Assembly: GCA_046313635.1 (NCBI GenBank)
Contig: JBKBYA010000001.1
Coordinates: forward strand, 288,001-352,000
Length of the DNA stretch: 64,000 nucleotides
Source: Pyrinomonadaceae bacterium
GTDB taxonomy: Bacteria > Acidobacteriota > Blastocatellia > Pyrinomonadales > Pyrinomonadaceae
Direction: 5' to 3'
In this document: positions 19,821 to 28,007 of the stretch, one piece after another
Position numbering within the stretch: the stretch's first letter is position 1
Layout of the letters: the number at the start of each line of letters is the position of its first letter
Notes under the pieces: model-generated
Database searches by the model: none
Told to the model about the DNA's origin: nothing
What the model saw: only the letters and a program-made list of their open reading frames with translations
Position numbers and translations under genes: made by a program

Positions 19821-20075
19821 ATGAACTTCGGAACAACAGAGATCATTCTGATCGTCGCGGTGCTCTTCCTGCTCTTTGGCGCATCGCGTTTGCCGCAGCT
19901 TGCCAAGTCGCTCGGACAGTCGAGAAAGGCGTTTCGCGAGGGAATGCGCGAGGCCGAAGAAGAGGAGGCGAGCGAGCGCTCGCGACTCGCCGCAAAAGAT
20001 GCCCCGCAGATCACCGCGATGAGCGACGAAGAGCTCGCCGCCGAAATGCGGCGCCGCGCCGAGGCGAAACAGTAA
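19821..20075 (+). CDS. tatA: Twin-arginine translocase TatA/E subunit
   Basis: EIILIVAVLFLLFGASRLPQLAKSLGQSRKAFREG. Confidence 0.9.
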   Translation: MNFGTTEIILIVAVLFLLFGASRLPQLAKSLGQSRKAFREGMREAEEEEASERSRLAAKDAPQITAMSDEELAAEMRRRAEAKQ

Positions 20076-20076
20076 C

Positions 20077-20180
20077 AAAGTGAAAGAGTGAAAAAGTGAA
20101 AGAGTGAAATAGCCGGCGGTGCGGGCCTGAGCTTTTTCACTCTTCCACCGTTTCACCGTCTCACTTTTTCACGTTCTCAC
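20077..20180. repeat. Inverted 8-mer tandem arrays (ARAGTGAA)4 ... (TTCACnnn)n
   Basis: Fill the gap between convergent tatA and the methyltransferase-like gene; the right arm includes its stop codon. Confidence 0.85.
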
Positions 20181-20974
20181 CCTTTCTCGCCGGTCACAAG
20201 CGTCGCCTTTACCGAGAATCGAAAGCTCAGACTGCCGTCCTCTTCGTCGACGAGCTTTGACAAGCGCTCGATCACGCGGGCCTGATCTTCTTCGCCGAGA
20301 GACCGCAGCCATACGGGGATCAAAAAGTCGCCGACGAGTGGCGAATTCACCAAGGCCTTGCCGTCGTCGTATTCAAAGACCTCGTTCGCCGTATGCGTCA
20401 CGATGTTGACCATACCGGCGTCGCGTGCGAGCTGCTCGACATGCGAGACGCTCGGCAGCTCGGTGATCATCTCTTCGGCGGCGCGGCCGTGATCGCCGAG
20501 ATCCTCGTTAAAGAGCACTTCCCACAGCAGCGAAAAGATCTCGCCAAAACTGCCCGCGGTGACGGTCATCACGCCGACGCTGGCCCCAGTCTCGGCCACG
20601 CGCAGCGTCTCGTCAAAGAATTCGCCAAGGGCCTCGGGCCTGACAAAGCTCGCGTCGCCGATCACCGCGTCAAACGAGCCCGTATCGAACTGCGTCATCG
20701 AAAATTCGACGTCCGACTTGATCGCCGCAGCCTTGTCGCGGGCGATCGTGAGCATGTCCTCGTCCTCGACGGCGGCGAAGATATTCGTTCGTTTATCGAG
20801 CCGGTCGCGCAGCTCGAAGGCGTGCGCTCCCGTGCCGGCGTTGATGTAAAGCAGATTCTGCTCTTCGCCGCCGAATTCAAAGTGCTTGTCGACAAGCTCC
20901 GCAAAGCGGCGGGTCCACTCGTCGGCGATGTAAAGGTCCCGCAAAAATGCGAGTTCCTTTTGTGTTTTGGCCAT
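20177..20974 (-). CDS. Methyltransferase-like protein (degenerate motif I)
   Basis: LLYINAGTGAH and SFDAVIGD; GGAG RBS before MAKTQKEL. Confidence 0.65.
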   Translation of the reverse strand: MAKTQKELAFLRDLYIADEWTRRFAELVDKHFEFGGEEQNLLYINAGTGAHAFELRDRLDKRTNIFAAVEDEDMLTIARDKAAAIKSDVEFSMTQFDTGSFDAVIGDASFVRPEALGEFFDETLRVAETGASVGVMTVTAGSFGEIFSLLWEVLFNEDLGDHGRAAEEMITELPSVSHVEQLARDAGMVNIVTHTANEVFEYDDGKALVNSPLVGDFLIPVWLRSLGEEDQARVIERLSKLVDEEDGSLSFRFSVKATLVTGEKG

Positions 20975-21011
20975 GTCTCCATTTAATCGCACGCCCCCAG
21001 ACCCGCGCAAA

Positions 21012-21038
21012 GTCAGAACCACCCGCGTCAGCGGGTGG
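21012..21038 (+). repeat. REP-like hairpin
   Basis: GTCAGAA-CCACCCGC-GTCA-GCGGGTGG. Confidence 0.65.
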
Positions 21039-21198
21039 GTTCGTCGGCCGCGGTCAGGAATCGCCGCGAAACACGCGAAAAGACGCGAAAGCTGAAAATC
21101 AACTCCTTTCCTGTATCCGTGTCATCAGTGTTTATCCGCGGGCGAAGACCTCGTCCGCTTACGCGGGGCGGTTCTGACCTGTGCTACGATCGGCGTCG

Positions 21199-21972
21199 AT
21201 GAGTGTGAACGTGAAAGAACTATTCGACCTGACGGGCCGCACCGCTATCGTCACCGGCGGCTCGCGCGGGATCGGCAAAGAAATGGCCGAGGCACTCGGC
21301 GAGGGTGGAGCGGATCTGATGCTCTGCGCGCGGCGTGCCGAATGGCTCGATCGGACCGTCGAGGAATTTCGCTCGCGAGGCTTTAATATCGCAGCAAGGC
21401 TATGCGACGTTTCAAAACCCGACGAGGTGCAGGCCGTCGTTGACCAAGCTGTCGAGACCTTTGGCGGCGTCGATATCCTCGTCAACAACGCCGGCATCTC
21501 GTGGGGAGCGATGCCCGAGGATATGCCGCTTGAAAAATGGCAGCAGGTGATCGACGTCAATCTCACGGGCTGCTTTTTGTTTGCCCAGGCAGCCGGCCGC
21601 GAGATGCTGAAGCGCGAGCGCGGCTCTATCATCAATATCGCTTCGATCTCGGGCCTGACGTCGAGCGCCAACGGGCCCTTCTACGCGGGCTACGTCGCGA
21701 GCAAGGCCGGCCTGATCGGCCTGACGCGCGAGCTCGCGGCGAGCTGGGGCCGCAAGGGAATTCGCGTCAACGCGATCGCGCCGGGATTTTTTCATTCGCG
21801 CCTGGCGGACGCCGTGATCGACATCTACGAGCGCTCGATCCAGGAGAACAACGTCATTCCCCGCGTCGGACGAGAAGGCGAGCTTAAAGGTGTTACAGTA
21901 TTTCTTGCATCCGACGCGTCGAGCTACGTCACCGGTCAGACGATCGCGATCGACGGCGGAATGACGGTTTGA
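21199..21972 (+). CDS. SDR oxidoreductase (gluconate 5-dehydrogenase-like)
   Basis: TGGSRGIG, NNAG, YVASK and NAIAPG. Confidence 0.92.
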   Translation: MSVNVKELFDLTGRTAIVTGGSRGIGKEMAEALGEGGADLMLCARRAEWLDRTVEEFRSRGFNIAARLCDVSKPDEVQAVVDQAVETFGGVDILVNNAGISWGAMPEDMPLEKWQQVIDVNLTGCFLFAQAAGREMLKRERGSIINIASISGLTSSANGPFYAGYVASKAGLIGLTRELAASWGRKGIRVNAIAPGFFHSRLADAVIDIYERSIQENNVIPRVGREGELKGVTVFLASDASSYVTGQTIAIDGGMTV

Positions 21973-22109
21973 TTTTGGATCTTGGAGCTTGGATTTTAGA
22001 TTTTGGATCGAGGGGAGATTGAATGTCCAAAACTGAATCTGTGGCAGGATGATCGGCGATCGACTCGATCCCCGGCATTCAATCCAAAATCCAAAATCCA
22101 AAATTCAAA
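21968..22109. repeat. Inverted 7-mer tandem arrays (TTGGATT)6 ... (AATCCAA)4
   Basis: First unit contains the SDR TGA stop; last unit runs into the next ATG. Confidence 0.9.
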
Positions 22110-22814
22110 ATGGAACTAACGCCCGAACTCTCGACTTTCGCCATTCTCGCGATCGGCTTCGTGCTCGGTCTGCAGCACGCGACCGACGCCGATCATCTGG
22201 CCGCGGTCTCGACGATCGTAAGCGAAAAAAAGGGCCTCCTGACCTCGTCGCTCGTCGGCGGACTGTGGGGCCTCGGCCATACGATCTCGCTGTTTGCGGT
22301 GGGCGTGCTGGTGGTATTTCTAAAGCTGCAGATCTCGGAAACGGTCGAATCGCGGCTCGAGGCGGCCGTCGGCGCGATGCTCGTGCTGCTCGGCGCCAAC
22401 GCTCTCAGAAAGCTGTTTCGGGCGCGGCAAATACACCTTCATACCCACGAGCACGACGGCCATCTGCACTCGCACATCCACACGCATACAAAGAGCGATG
22501 CCGCCGACGGACCGCATCACCGCTTCAGCCCGCGTTCGTTTGTGATCGGGATGATCCACGGCCTCGCGGGCAGCGCGGCGCTGATGCTGCTCGTCGTCCC
22601 GACGATCGACTCTCAGGCCGTCGCTCTGGTTTACATTTTGATATTCGGTATCGGCTCGATCGGCGGGATGATGGCGATGAGCTTTTTGATCGGACTGCCG
22701 TTTCATTTCACGGCCGGCAGATTCGATGTGTTGAACCGCGGGATCAGATTGGTCGCGGGACTTTTCAGCCTCGGCCTCGGCGCCTTGATGGTTTACGAAA
22801 AGATGCTCGCCTGA
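22110..22814 (+). CDS. UreH/NiCoT-like nickel/cobalt permease
   Basis: GLQHATDADHLAAV, WGLGHT, His-rich loop and GMIHGLAGS. Confidence 0.85.
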   Translation: MELTPELSTFAILAIGFVLGLQHATDADHLAAVSTIVSEKKGLLTSSLVGGLWGLGHTISLFAVGVLVVFLKLQISETVESRLEAAVGAMLVLLGANALRKLFRARQIHLHTHEHDGHLHSHIHTHTKSDAADGPHHRFSPRSFVIGMIHGLAGSAALMLLVVPTIDSQAVALVYILIFGIGSIGGMMAMSFLIGLPFHFTAGRFDVLNRGIRLVAGLFSLGLGALMVYEKMLA

Positions 22815-22818
22815 CAAC

Positions 22819-22899
22819 CTCTGCGTTCTTTGCGTGCTCTGCGTCAAAGAACATCTGCTAACCGCAAAGTTCGCAAAGAGTGACGCAAAGGACGCAGAG
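22819..22899. repeat. Inverted 9-mer tandem arrays (CTYTGCGTn)3 ... (CGCARAGnn)4
   Basis: Lies between convergent genes. Confidence 0.8.
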
Positions 22900-22924
22900 T
22901 GTTTTTACCGCAAGACGTCCTGCC

Positions 22925-23647
22925 TTAATCCTCGAACACAAACTCGCCAAACTTCTCCGGAACGTGAAAGTTCGGCTTCTCGGTCAGCGTCGGCCGCCAC
23001 GCGAGATAGCCGCGGTCGGGATCTCGTCCGACACAGCGAAACAGATTGCCGAGCCAGATATCGCCGGCCTTTGGCTCCCTGCCAAGCGCTTTCCAGCCGA
23101 CACGCATCGCCATCACGACCTTGTTCTTTTCGATCCGCGCGGACGATCTCATCCCTGAGGCGTAGTCCCAATCGGTCGTTCGTTTGCCGTCCGGTGCGAT
23201 CTCGATGCTGAGATCGATCCATTCGCCGGTCGGCGCGACCTCGAATTCAAAATACCGCCGCGGCCGCTCGCGGTCAGGAGCGATAAAGATCTCGCAGACA
23301 TCTCGATCCCACAGCTGCAGTGTCTTTTTCGAAGTGTCGGGCCTGTCGCTCACCACAAGCGGCTCGTGCTGCCCGGCCTCGAACCGCACATAAAGCGACG
23401 TGTCGGACCAAAGCATCCGCACGCTGAAGTGCCGCGATCGCGGCGCCGGCCGGCCCGACCAGTAGGTTTCGACCTCGACAACCGAAGCTGCTGACCACGC
23501 GGCGTTGTCGAGCGCACCGATCGCGAAGTCTTTGGTGATGTGCTTGATCTTGATACTTTCCGGTGCGGACATCGTTTGCGCATTTGCCGCGGCCGCTCCG
23601 GCGAGGAGCGCGAGGACCGCCGCGGCGATGTGACGATTTGATCTCAT
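22925..23647 (-). CDS. Secreted CBM9-like (DOMON) carbohydrate-binding protein
   Basis: Signal peptide; LWDRDVCEIFI, YFEFEVAP, NLFRC and PNFHVPEKFG. Confidence 0.8.
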   Translation of the reverse strand: MRSNRHIAAAVLALLAGAAAANAQTMSAPESIKIKHITKDFAIGALDNAAWSAASVVEVETYWSGRPAPRSRHFSVRMLWSDTSLYVRFEAGQHEPLVVSDRPDTSKKTLQLWDRDVCEIFIAPDRERPRRYFEFEVAPTGEWIDLSIEIAPDGKRTTDWDYASGMRSSARIEKNKVVMAMRVGWKALGREPKAGDIWLGNLFRCVGRDPDRGYLAWRPTLTEKPNFHVPEKFGEFVFED

Positions 23648-23790
23648 CCGAACTGTCTCGGATCGAAAGGCGGGCTTTGAAAGCTACCGCATAGAGTGTT
23701 CGGAATCATACGCGGCGTTCGGCCGCCTCGGCAAGCACCGGTTCCGCATGCAGCACCGATCAGATCGAATGAGAACAGATCTGCCTCGTG

Positions 23791-25536
23791 TTACCTGCTG
23801 GTGTTGAGAACGGTCTTGACGGCCATTTTGGCGAGCTTCCACGTGCGGTCCCAGTCGATCTTGCCGTCCTCGGTGTCGCGGCCCATCAGCTTGTTGACGA
23901 ACATCCGGCGAAAATCCTTGCCCTCGCGGCGGAGCATAAATTCCTTTGCGTACGGCTTGGCCGTCTCGAAAAAGTTGAACTCGGGATCCGTGATGATGCC
24001 GATGCCCTCGAGCGTCATCAGCGCGCGCATGATGTACGTGAAGTTAGACGGCAGACGGAACGGATAGTCGTACATCACGTCGGCGAGATCGTATGTGAGC
24101 TCTTTGAAGTTGACGTCCTTGAGCTTGAGATTGAGATGAAACTCAAACATCTTTTCGACCACCGGACGCACGACCTCGGGGTTTGTTCCCGGCTTGAGAA
24201 AGTCGAGCTCGATCAGGTCCTGCGCGATGCCGGACGGGTCTTTACCGACGACGTGAAAGAATGCGTCGATCATCTTTGACTGCAGCTCCGGCGAAATGCG
24301 GCCGACCATTCCAAAGTCGAAAAATGCGAGCCGCCCGTCCGGCATCACGAGCAGATTGCCCGGATGCGGATCGGCGTGAAAGAAGCCGTCCTCGAGCAGC
24401 TGCTTGAGATACGTGCGGATCAGCAGGCGATTGACCTTTTCGGGCGCGATGCTCTTGGCCTGCAGGCCGTCGAGATCGATCACCTTGGTGCCGTGGATAA
24501 ACTCCATCGTCAGCACCTTTGACGTCGTCGCGTGCCAGAAGATACGCGGGACGTAGACGTTTGACCAGTTCTTAAAGCTCTCGCGAAACCGCTCGGCGTT
24601 GCGGCCCTCCGACTGGTAGTCCATCTCCTCGCGGACCGTCTCGTTGAATTCGCGCAGCATCCCGGACCAGTCGGCGTTCTCGTTGAGCTGCGGAAAGCGT
24701 TCGGCAAAATTCGCGACCTTGCGCAGGATCGCGAGATCGCCTTTGATCGTCGCCTCGAGGTTTGGCCGCTGCACCTTGACCGCCACTTCCTCGCCCGAAA
24801 AGAGCCGAGCGCGATAGACCTGACCGAGCGAGGCGGCGGCGATCGGCTCGATCTCGAATTCGGCGTAAACCTCATTGATCTTTTTGCCGAGCTCGTGCTC
24901 GATGCGTGCAAAGGCGATGTCGTTCGGGAAGGGCGGCACCTGATCGACGAGCGTGCCGAGCTCTTTGACGAAAGGCAGCGGCAGCAGATCGGCTCGCGTC
25001 GCGAGCGACTGGCCGATCTTGATGAATGTCGGCCCGAGCTCGATCAGCTTTTCCTTGAGCCAGACGGCCTGATCTTCCTGGATCGCCTCGCGGCGCTCGA
25101 CGCGCCCGAGCACGACGCGGCGAAGCGCGAGCATAAAGATGTGAAAGACCCACATCCGCACGCCGTAAAGCTTTTCGCCGTACCAAGCGAGGCGCGTCAG
25201 ACGCGCGGCCCGGCGACGGCGTTCTCTCGCGAGCCGCTGGTGATGCTTGTGATGCAGGTCGTACTGATCGAGGTAGAGAAAGAGCGAGAGCTTGCCGATC
25301 ACGCTCATGATGTGGGCAAGGCGGAGGTACCCGCGAAAGCCGTGGTAGCGCGCCTCGACGGCCGCCTCTTTTTGGCTGAGGAATTTTTCTTCTTCGACGC
25401 GCTGCTCGGCGGTGGTCAGCCTTGCGATCGGCAGGTCGCTCGTGCTGACGACCGTGTGCGGGCCGCCATTCTCGCTCGTCGGATCGATGCCGAAATTCCT
25501 GATCGCGAGTGCCTGCTCCTGAGATAACTTGCTCAT
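23791..25536 (-). CDS. AarF/ABC1/UbiB kinase family protein
   Basis: LGPTFIKIGQ, AAASLGQVY, VAVKVQRP, FHADPHPGN and DFGM. Confidence 0.93.
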   Translation of the reverse strand: MSKLSQEQALAIRNFGIDPTSENGGPHTVVSTSDLPIARLTTAEQRVEEEKFLSQKEAAVEARYHGFRGYLRLAHIMSVIGKLSLFLYLDQYDLHHKHHQRLARERRRRAARLTRLAWYGEKLYGVRMWVFHIFMLALRRVVLGRVERREAIQEDQAVWLKEKLIELGPTFIKIGQSLATRADLLPLPFVKELGTLVDQVPPFPNDIAFARIEHELGKKINEVYAEFEIEPIAAASLGQVYRARLFSGEEVAVKVQRPNLEATIKGDLAILRKVANFAERFPQLNENADWSGMLREFNETVREEMDYQSEGRNAERFRESFKNWSNVYVPRIFWHATTSKVLTMEFIHGTKVIDLDGLQAKSIAPEKVNRLLIRTYLKQLLEDGFFHADPHPGNLLVMPDGRLAFFDFGMVGRISPELQSKMIDAFFHVVGKDPSGIAQDLIELDFLKPGTNPEVVRPVVEKMFEFHLNLKLKDVNFKELTYDLADVMYDYPFRLPSNFTYIMRALMTLEGIGIITDPEFNFFETAKPYAKEFMLRREGKDFRRMFVNKLMGRDTEDGKIDWDRTWKLAKMAVKTVLNTSR

Positions 25537-25595
25537 CCTTTAACCGATTCGTCTTTCGGAAGAGTTTCGATGCGGCCGCGCCGCCGGGCTTTGCA

Positions 25596-26552
25596 TTACA
25601 AAATCTCCAGCGTATTGCGTACGCCCGTCCGGCTGAAATAGTTCAGGGCGCGCGAGCAGTCGCGGGCGATCTGAGCCTTGAGCTCGTCGATGCCGCCGAA
25701 TCTGCGCTCGTCGCGGATGCGATGCAGGAATCTCACACGCAGAACGTCGCCGTAAAGGTCGCCGTCGAAATCGAAAATGTAAGTCTCGATCGACGGCTCG
25801 ACCTCGCCGGTCTCGAAGGTCGGCCGCACGCCTACATTCGTGATGCTCCGCCGCCATGTGCCGTCGACGAGCGTCGAGGTGGCGTAAACGCCGAACTTCG
25901 GAATGACGCGGTTGTGCGGCTGCAGATTCGCCGTCGGAAATCCGATCGTGTGCCCGCGCTGGTTGCCGCGCACGATCACGCCCTCGACGCCGTACGGACG
26001 CCCGAGCATCCGGCGGGCGAGATCGACGCGGCCCTCCAGCAGCAAGTGCCTGATCGCGGACGAGCTGATCCGCCGTCCGCGTAGCTGCACCTCGTCGACC
26101 TCGTCGGCAAAGAACCCGAGCTCGCGGCTCATCGCGCGCAGCAGGTCGATATTCCCGCCGCGATCGCGGCCGAACGCGAAGCCCTTGCCGAGATACACCT
26201 CGCGTGCGTGGAGCCGGTCGTGAACGATTTCGCGAAGAAAGTCGTCCGCAGGCTGCGACGCAAACTCGCGCGTGAAGTTGATCACGATCGCCTGCTCGAT
26301 GCCGAGCACTTCGAAATTAGCGAGCCGCTGGTCGAGCGTCTGCAGCAGAGGCGGCGCGGACTCGGGATGCAGAACGGCGCGCGGATGCGGGTCGAACGTG
26401 ATCGCCGTCGCGACAGCGCCGACCGCGCGGGCCCGCTCGACGACCGTTCGCATTATCCGCTGGTGACCGAGATGAAGCCCGTCAAAAACCCCAAGCGTCA
26501 AGACCGTCGGCCGCAAAATAGACGCATTCTCGGTGCCGTGAAAGATCTTCAT
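25596..26552 (-). CDS. ribF: Bifunctional riboflavin kinase/FAD synthetase
   Basis: GVFDGLHLGH, TFDPHP, ISSSAIR, GFPTAN and GVRPTF. Confidence 0.96.
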   Translation of the reverse strand: MKIFHGTENASILRPTVLTLGVFDGLHLGHQRIMRTVVERARAVGAVATAITFDPHPRAVLHPESAPPLLQTLDQRLANFEVLGIEQAIVINFTREFASQPADDFLREIVHDRLHAREVYLGKGFAFGRDRGGNIDLLRAMSRELGFFADEVDEVQLRGRRISSSAIRHLLLEGRVDLARRMLGRPYGVEGVIVRGNQRGHTIGFPTANLQPHNRVIPKFGVYATSTLVDGTWRRSITNVGVRPTFETGEVEPSIETYIFDFDGDLYGDVLRVRFLHRIRDERRFGGIDELKAQIARDCSRALNYFSRTGVRNTLEIL

Positions 26553-26612
26553 AGGTCAAAGAAAGATGGTATTTGAGGCATATTCTTTAGGCAAACGTGT
26601 TTGCCCCAAACG

Positions 26613-26637
26613 AAAAAGGCGGGAGAGGCCCGCCTTT
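26613..26637 (-). terminator. Intrinsic terminator after nrdB
   Basis: Minus strand reads AAAGGCGGG-CCTCT-CCCGCC-TTTTT. Confidence 0.75.
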
Positions 26638-26660
26638 GTTCAGCCGATCCTGGTTTGGCC

Positions 26661-27659
26661 TCAGAACGCTTCGCTGAAGCTGACCTCGCCCGCCACGGCG
26701 ACCTGGTAGGCGGCGACGCGGCGTTCGAAAAAGTTTGTGAGCTCCTGTACGTCCTGGAGGTCCATGAACGAGAACGGATTCTTCGCGCCGTACACCTTCG
26801 GCAGGCCGAGCATCATCATTCGCTGGTCGGCAATGAACTCGAGATACTGCCGCATGTCGGCCACCGAGAGTCCGGCGACGCCCTGCGAGAGGATGTCCTC
26901 GGCAAACTGCATCTCGCACTCGACCGCTTCGTCGAGCATCGTCGCGATCTGCCGCTCGAGTTCGGCGTCAAAAAGATCCGGTTCCTCTTTGCGCACCTGC
27001 TTGACGACTTCGTACGCGAAATTCATATGGCACGACTCGTCGCGAAAGACCCAGTTGGTCCCCGACGCGAGGCCGTGCAGCAGCCCCTTTGAACGCAAAA
27101 AGTAAACGTAGGCAAACGCCGCGAAAAAGAACAATCCCTCGATGCACGACGCGAAGCAGATCAGGTTGAGCACAAAGCGGCGGCGGTCCTCTTTGGTCTC
27201 GAGCCGGTCGAGGTCGTTGATCGAGTCGATCCACTTCTGGCAGAACTCGGCTTTTTTACGGATCGACGGGATGTTCTCGACCGCCGCAAACGCCTGCTCG
27301 CGCTCGGCGATGTCGGGAATGTAGGTATCGAGCAGCGTAAGGTAAAACTGCACGTGCAGCGCTTCCTCGTACAGCTGCCGCGAGAGATACATCCGCGCCT
27401 CGGGCGCGTTGATGTGCTTGTAGAGATTGAGCACGAGGTTATTCGCAACGATCGAATCGCCCGTCGCAAAGAACGCGACGAGTCGATTGATCAGATGCCG
27501 CTCCGCCGGCGCCATCTTGGTGCGCAGGTCGACGACGTCGGTCGAAAAGTCGACCTCCTCGACCGTCCACGTATTCTTGATCGCATTCCGATACATCTCG
27601 TAGAAATGCGGGTACTTCATCGGACGCAAAGTGAGATTAAAGCCTGGATTCAAAAGCAT
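26661..27659 (-). CDS. nrdB: Class I ribonucleotide reductase beta subunit
   Basis: Metal ligands GD, EEALH, IEG and RDESCH; radical Tyr in HVQFY; NFFERRV...Y tail. Confidence 0.95.
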   Translation of the reverse strand: MLLNPGFNLTLRPMKYPHFYEMYRNAIKNTWTVEEVDFSTDVVDLRTKMAPAERHLINRLVAFFATGDSIVANNLVLNLYKHINAPEARMYLSRQLYEEALHVQFYLTLLDTYIPDIAEREQAFAAVENIPSIRKKAEFCQKWIDSINDLDRLETKEDRRRFVLNLICFASCIEGLFFFAAFAYVYFLRSKGLLHGLASGTNWVFRDESCHMNFAYEVVKQVRKEEPDLFDAELERQIATMLDEAVECEMQFAEDILSQGVAGLSVADMRQYLEFIADQRMMMLGLPKVYGAKNPFSFMDLQDVQELTNFFERRVAAYQVAVAGEVSFSEAF

Positions 27660-27696
27660 AATTCGTATCAGCGGCCCGCACGTCAGGGCCGAGTGT

Positions 27697-28007
27697 CAGT
27701 AGCCCGCACGTAAGTAAGGGCTCAACAAAAATTCAAAGACTCTTAATCAAACGTCGGCAGCTCACCGCCCTGACCGTTGACCACGTATTCAACCGCAGCA
27801 GCGATATGCTCCTCGGTCCGTAACAGCGAAACGTTATGAGAAATGCCAGAGGAGCCGATCTGTCCTGCCACTCGATGTGATCTCGTTTGGGCATGGCGTC
27901 TCTGGGAATTTCGGCTGCCTACTAGCTTTCGCGAGCTGCCGCGGGCTCTTATGCTCCGTGTGGGGCATCTTTGTAAAGTTGAGCCCTTACTGACGTGCGG
28001 GCTACTG
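27697..28007. mobile_element. REP pair enclosing an internally deleted RAYT/Y1-transposase-like remnant
   Basis: 30-bp inverted repeats 27697-27726 and 27978-28007 (1 mismatch), CAGTAGCCCGCACGTMAGTAAGGGCTCAAC. Confidence 0.75.
27743..27894 (-). pseudogene. Remnant of a REP-associated tyrosine transposase-like gene
   Basis: N-terminus MPKRDHIEWQDRSAPLAFLITFRCYG joined out of frame at GGA (27817-27819) to C-terminus TEEHIAAAVEYVVNGQGGELPTFD*; no HUH core. Confidence 0.65.
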
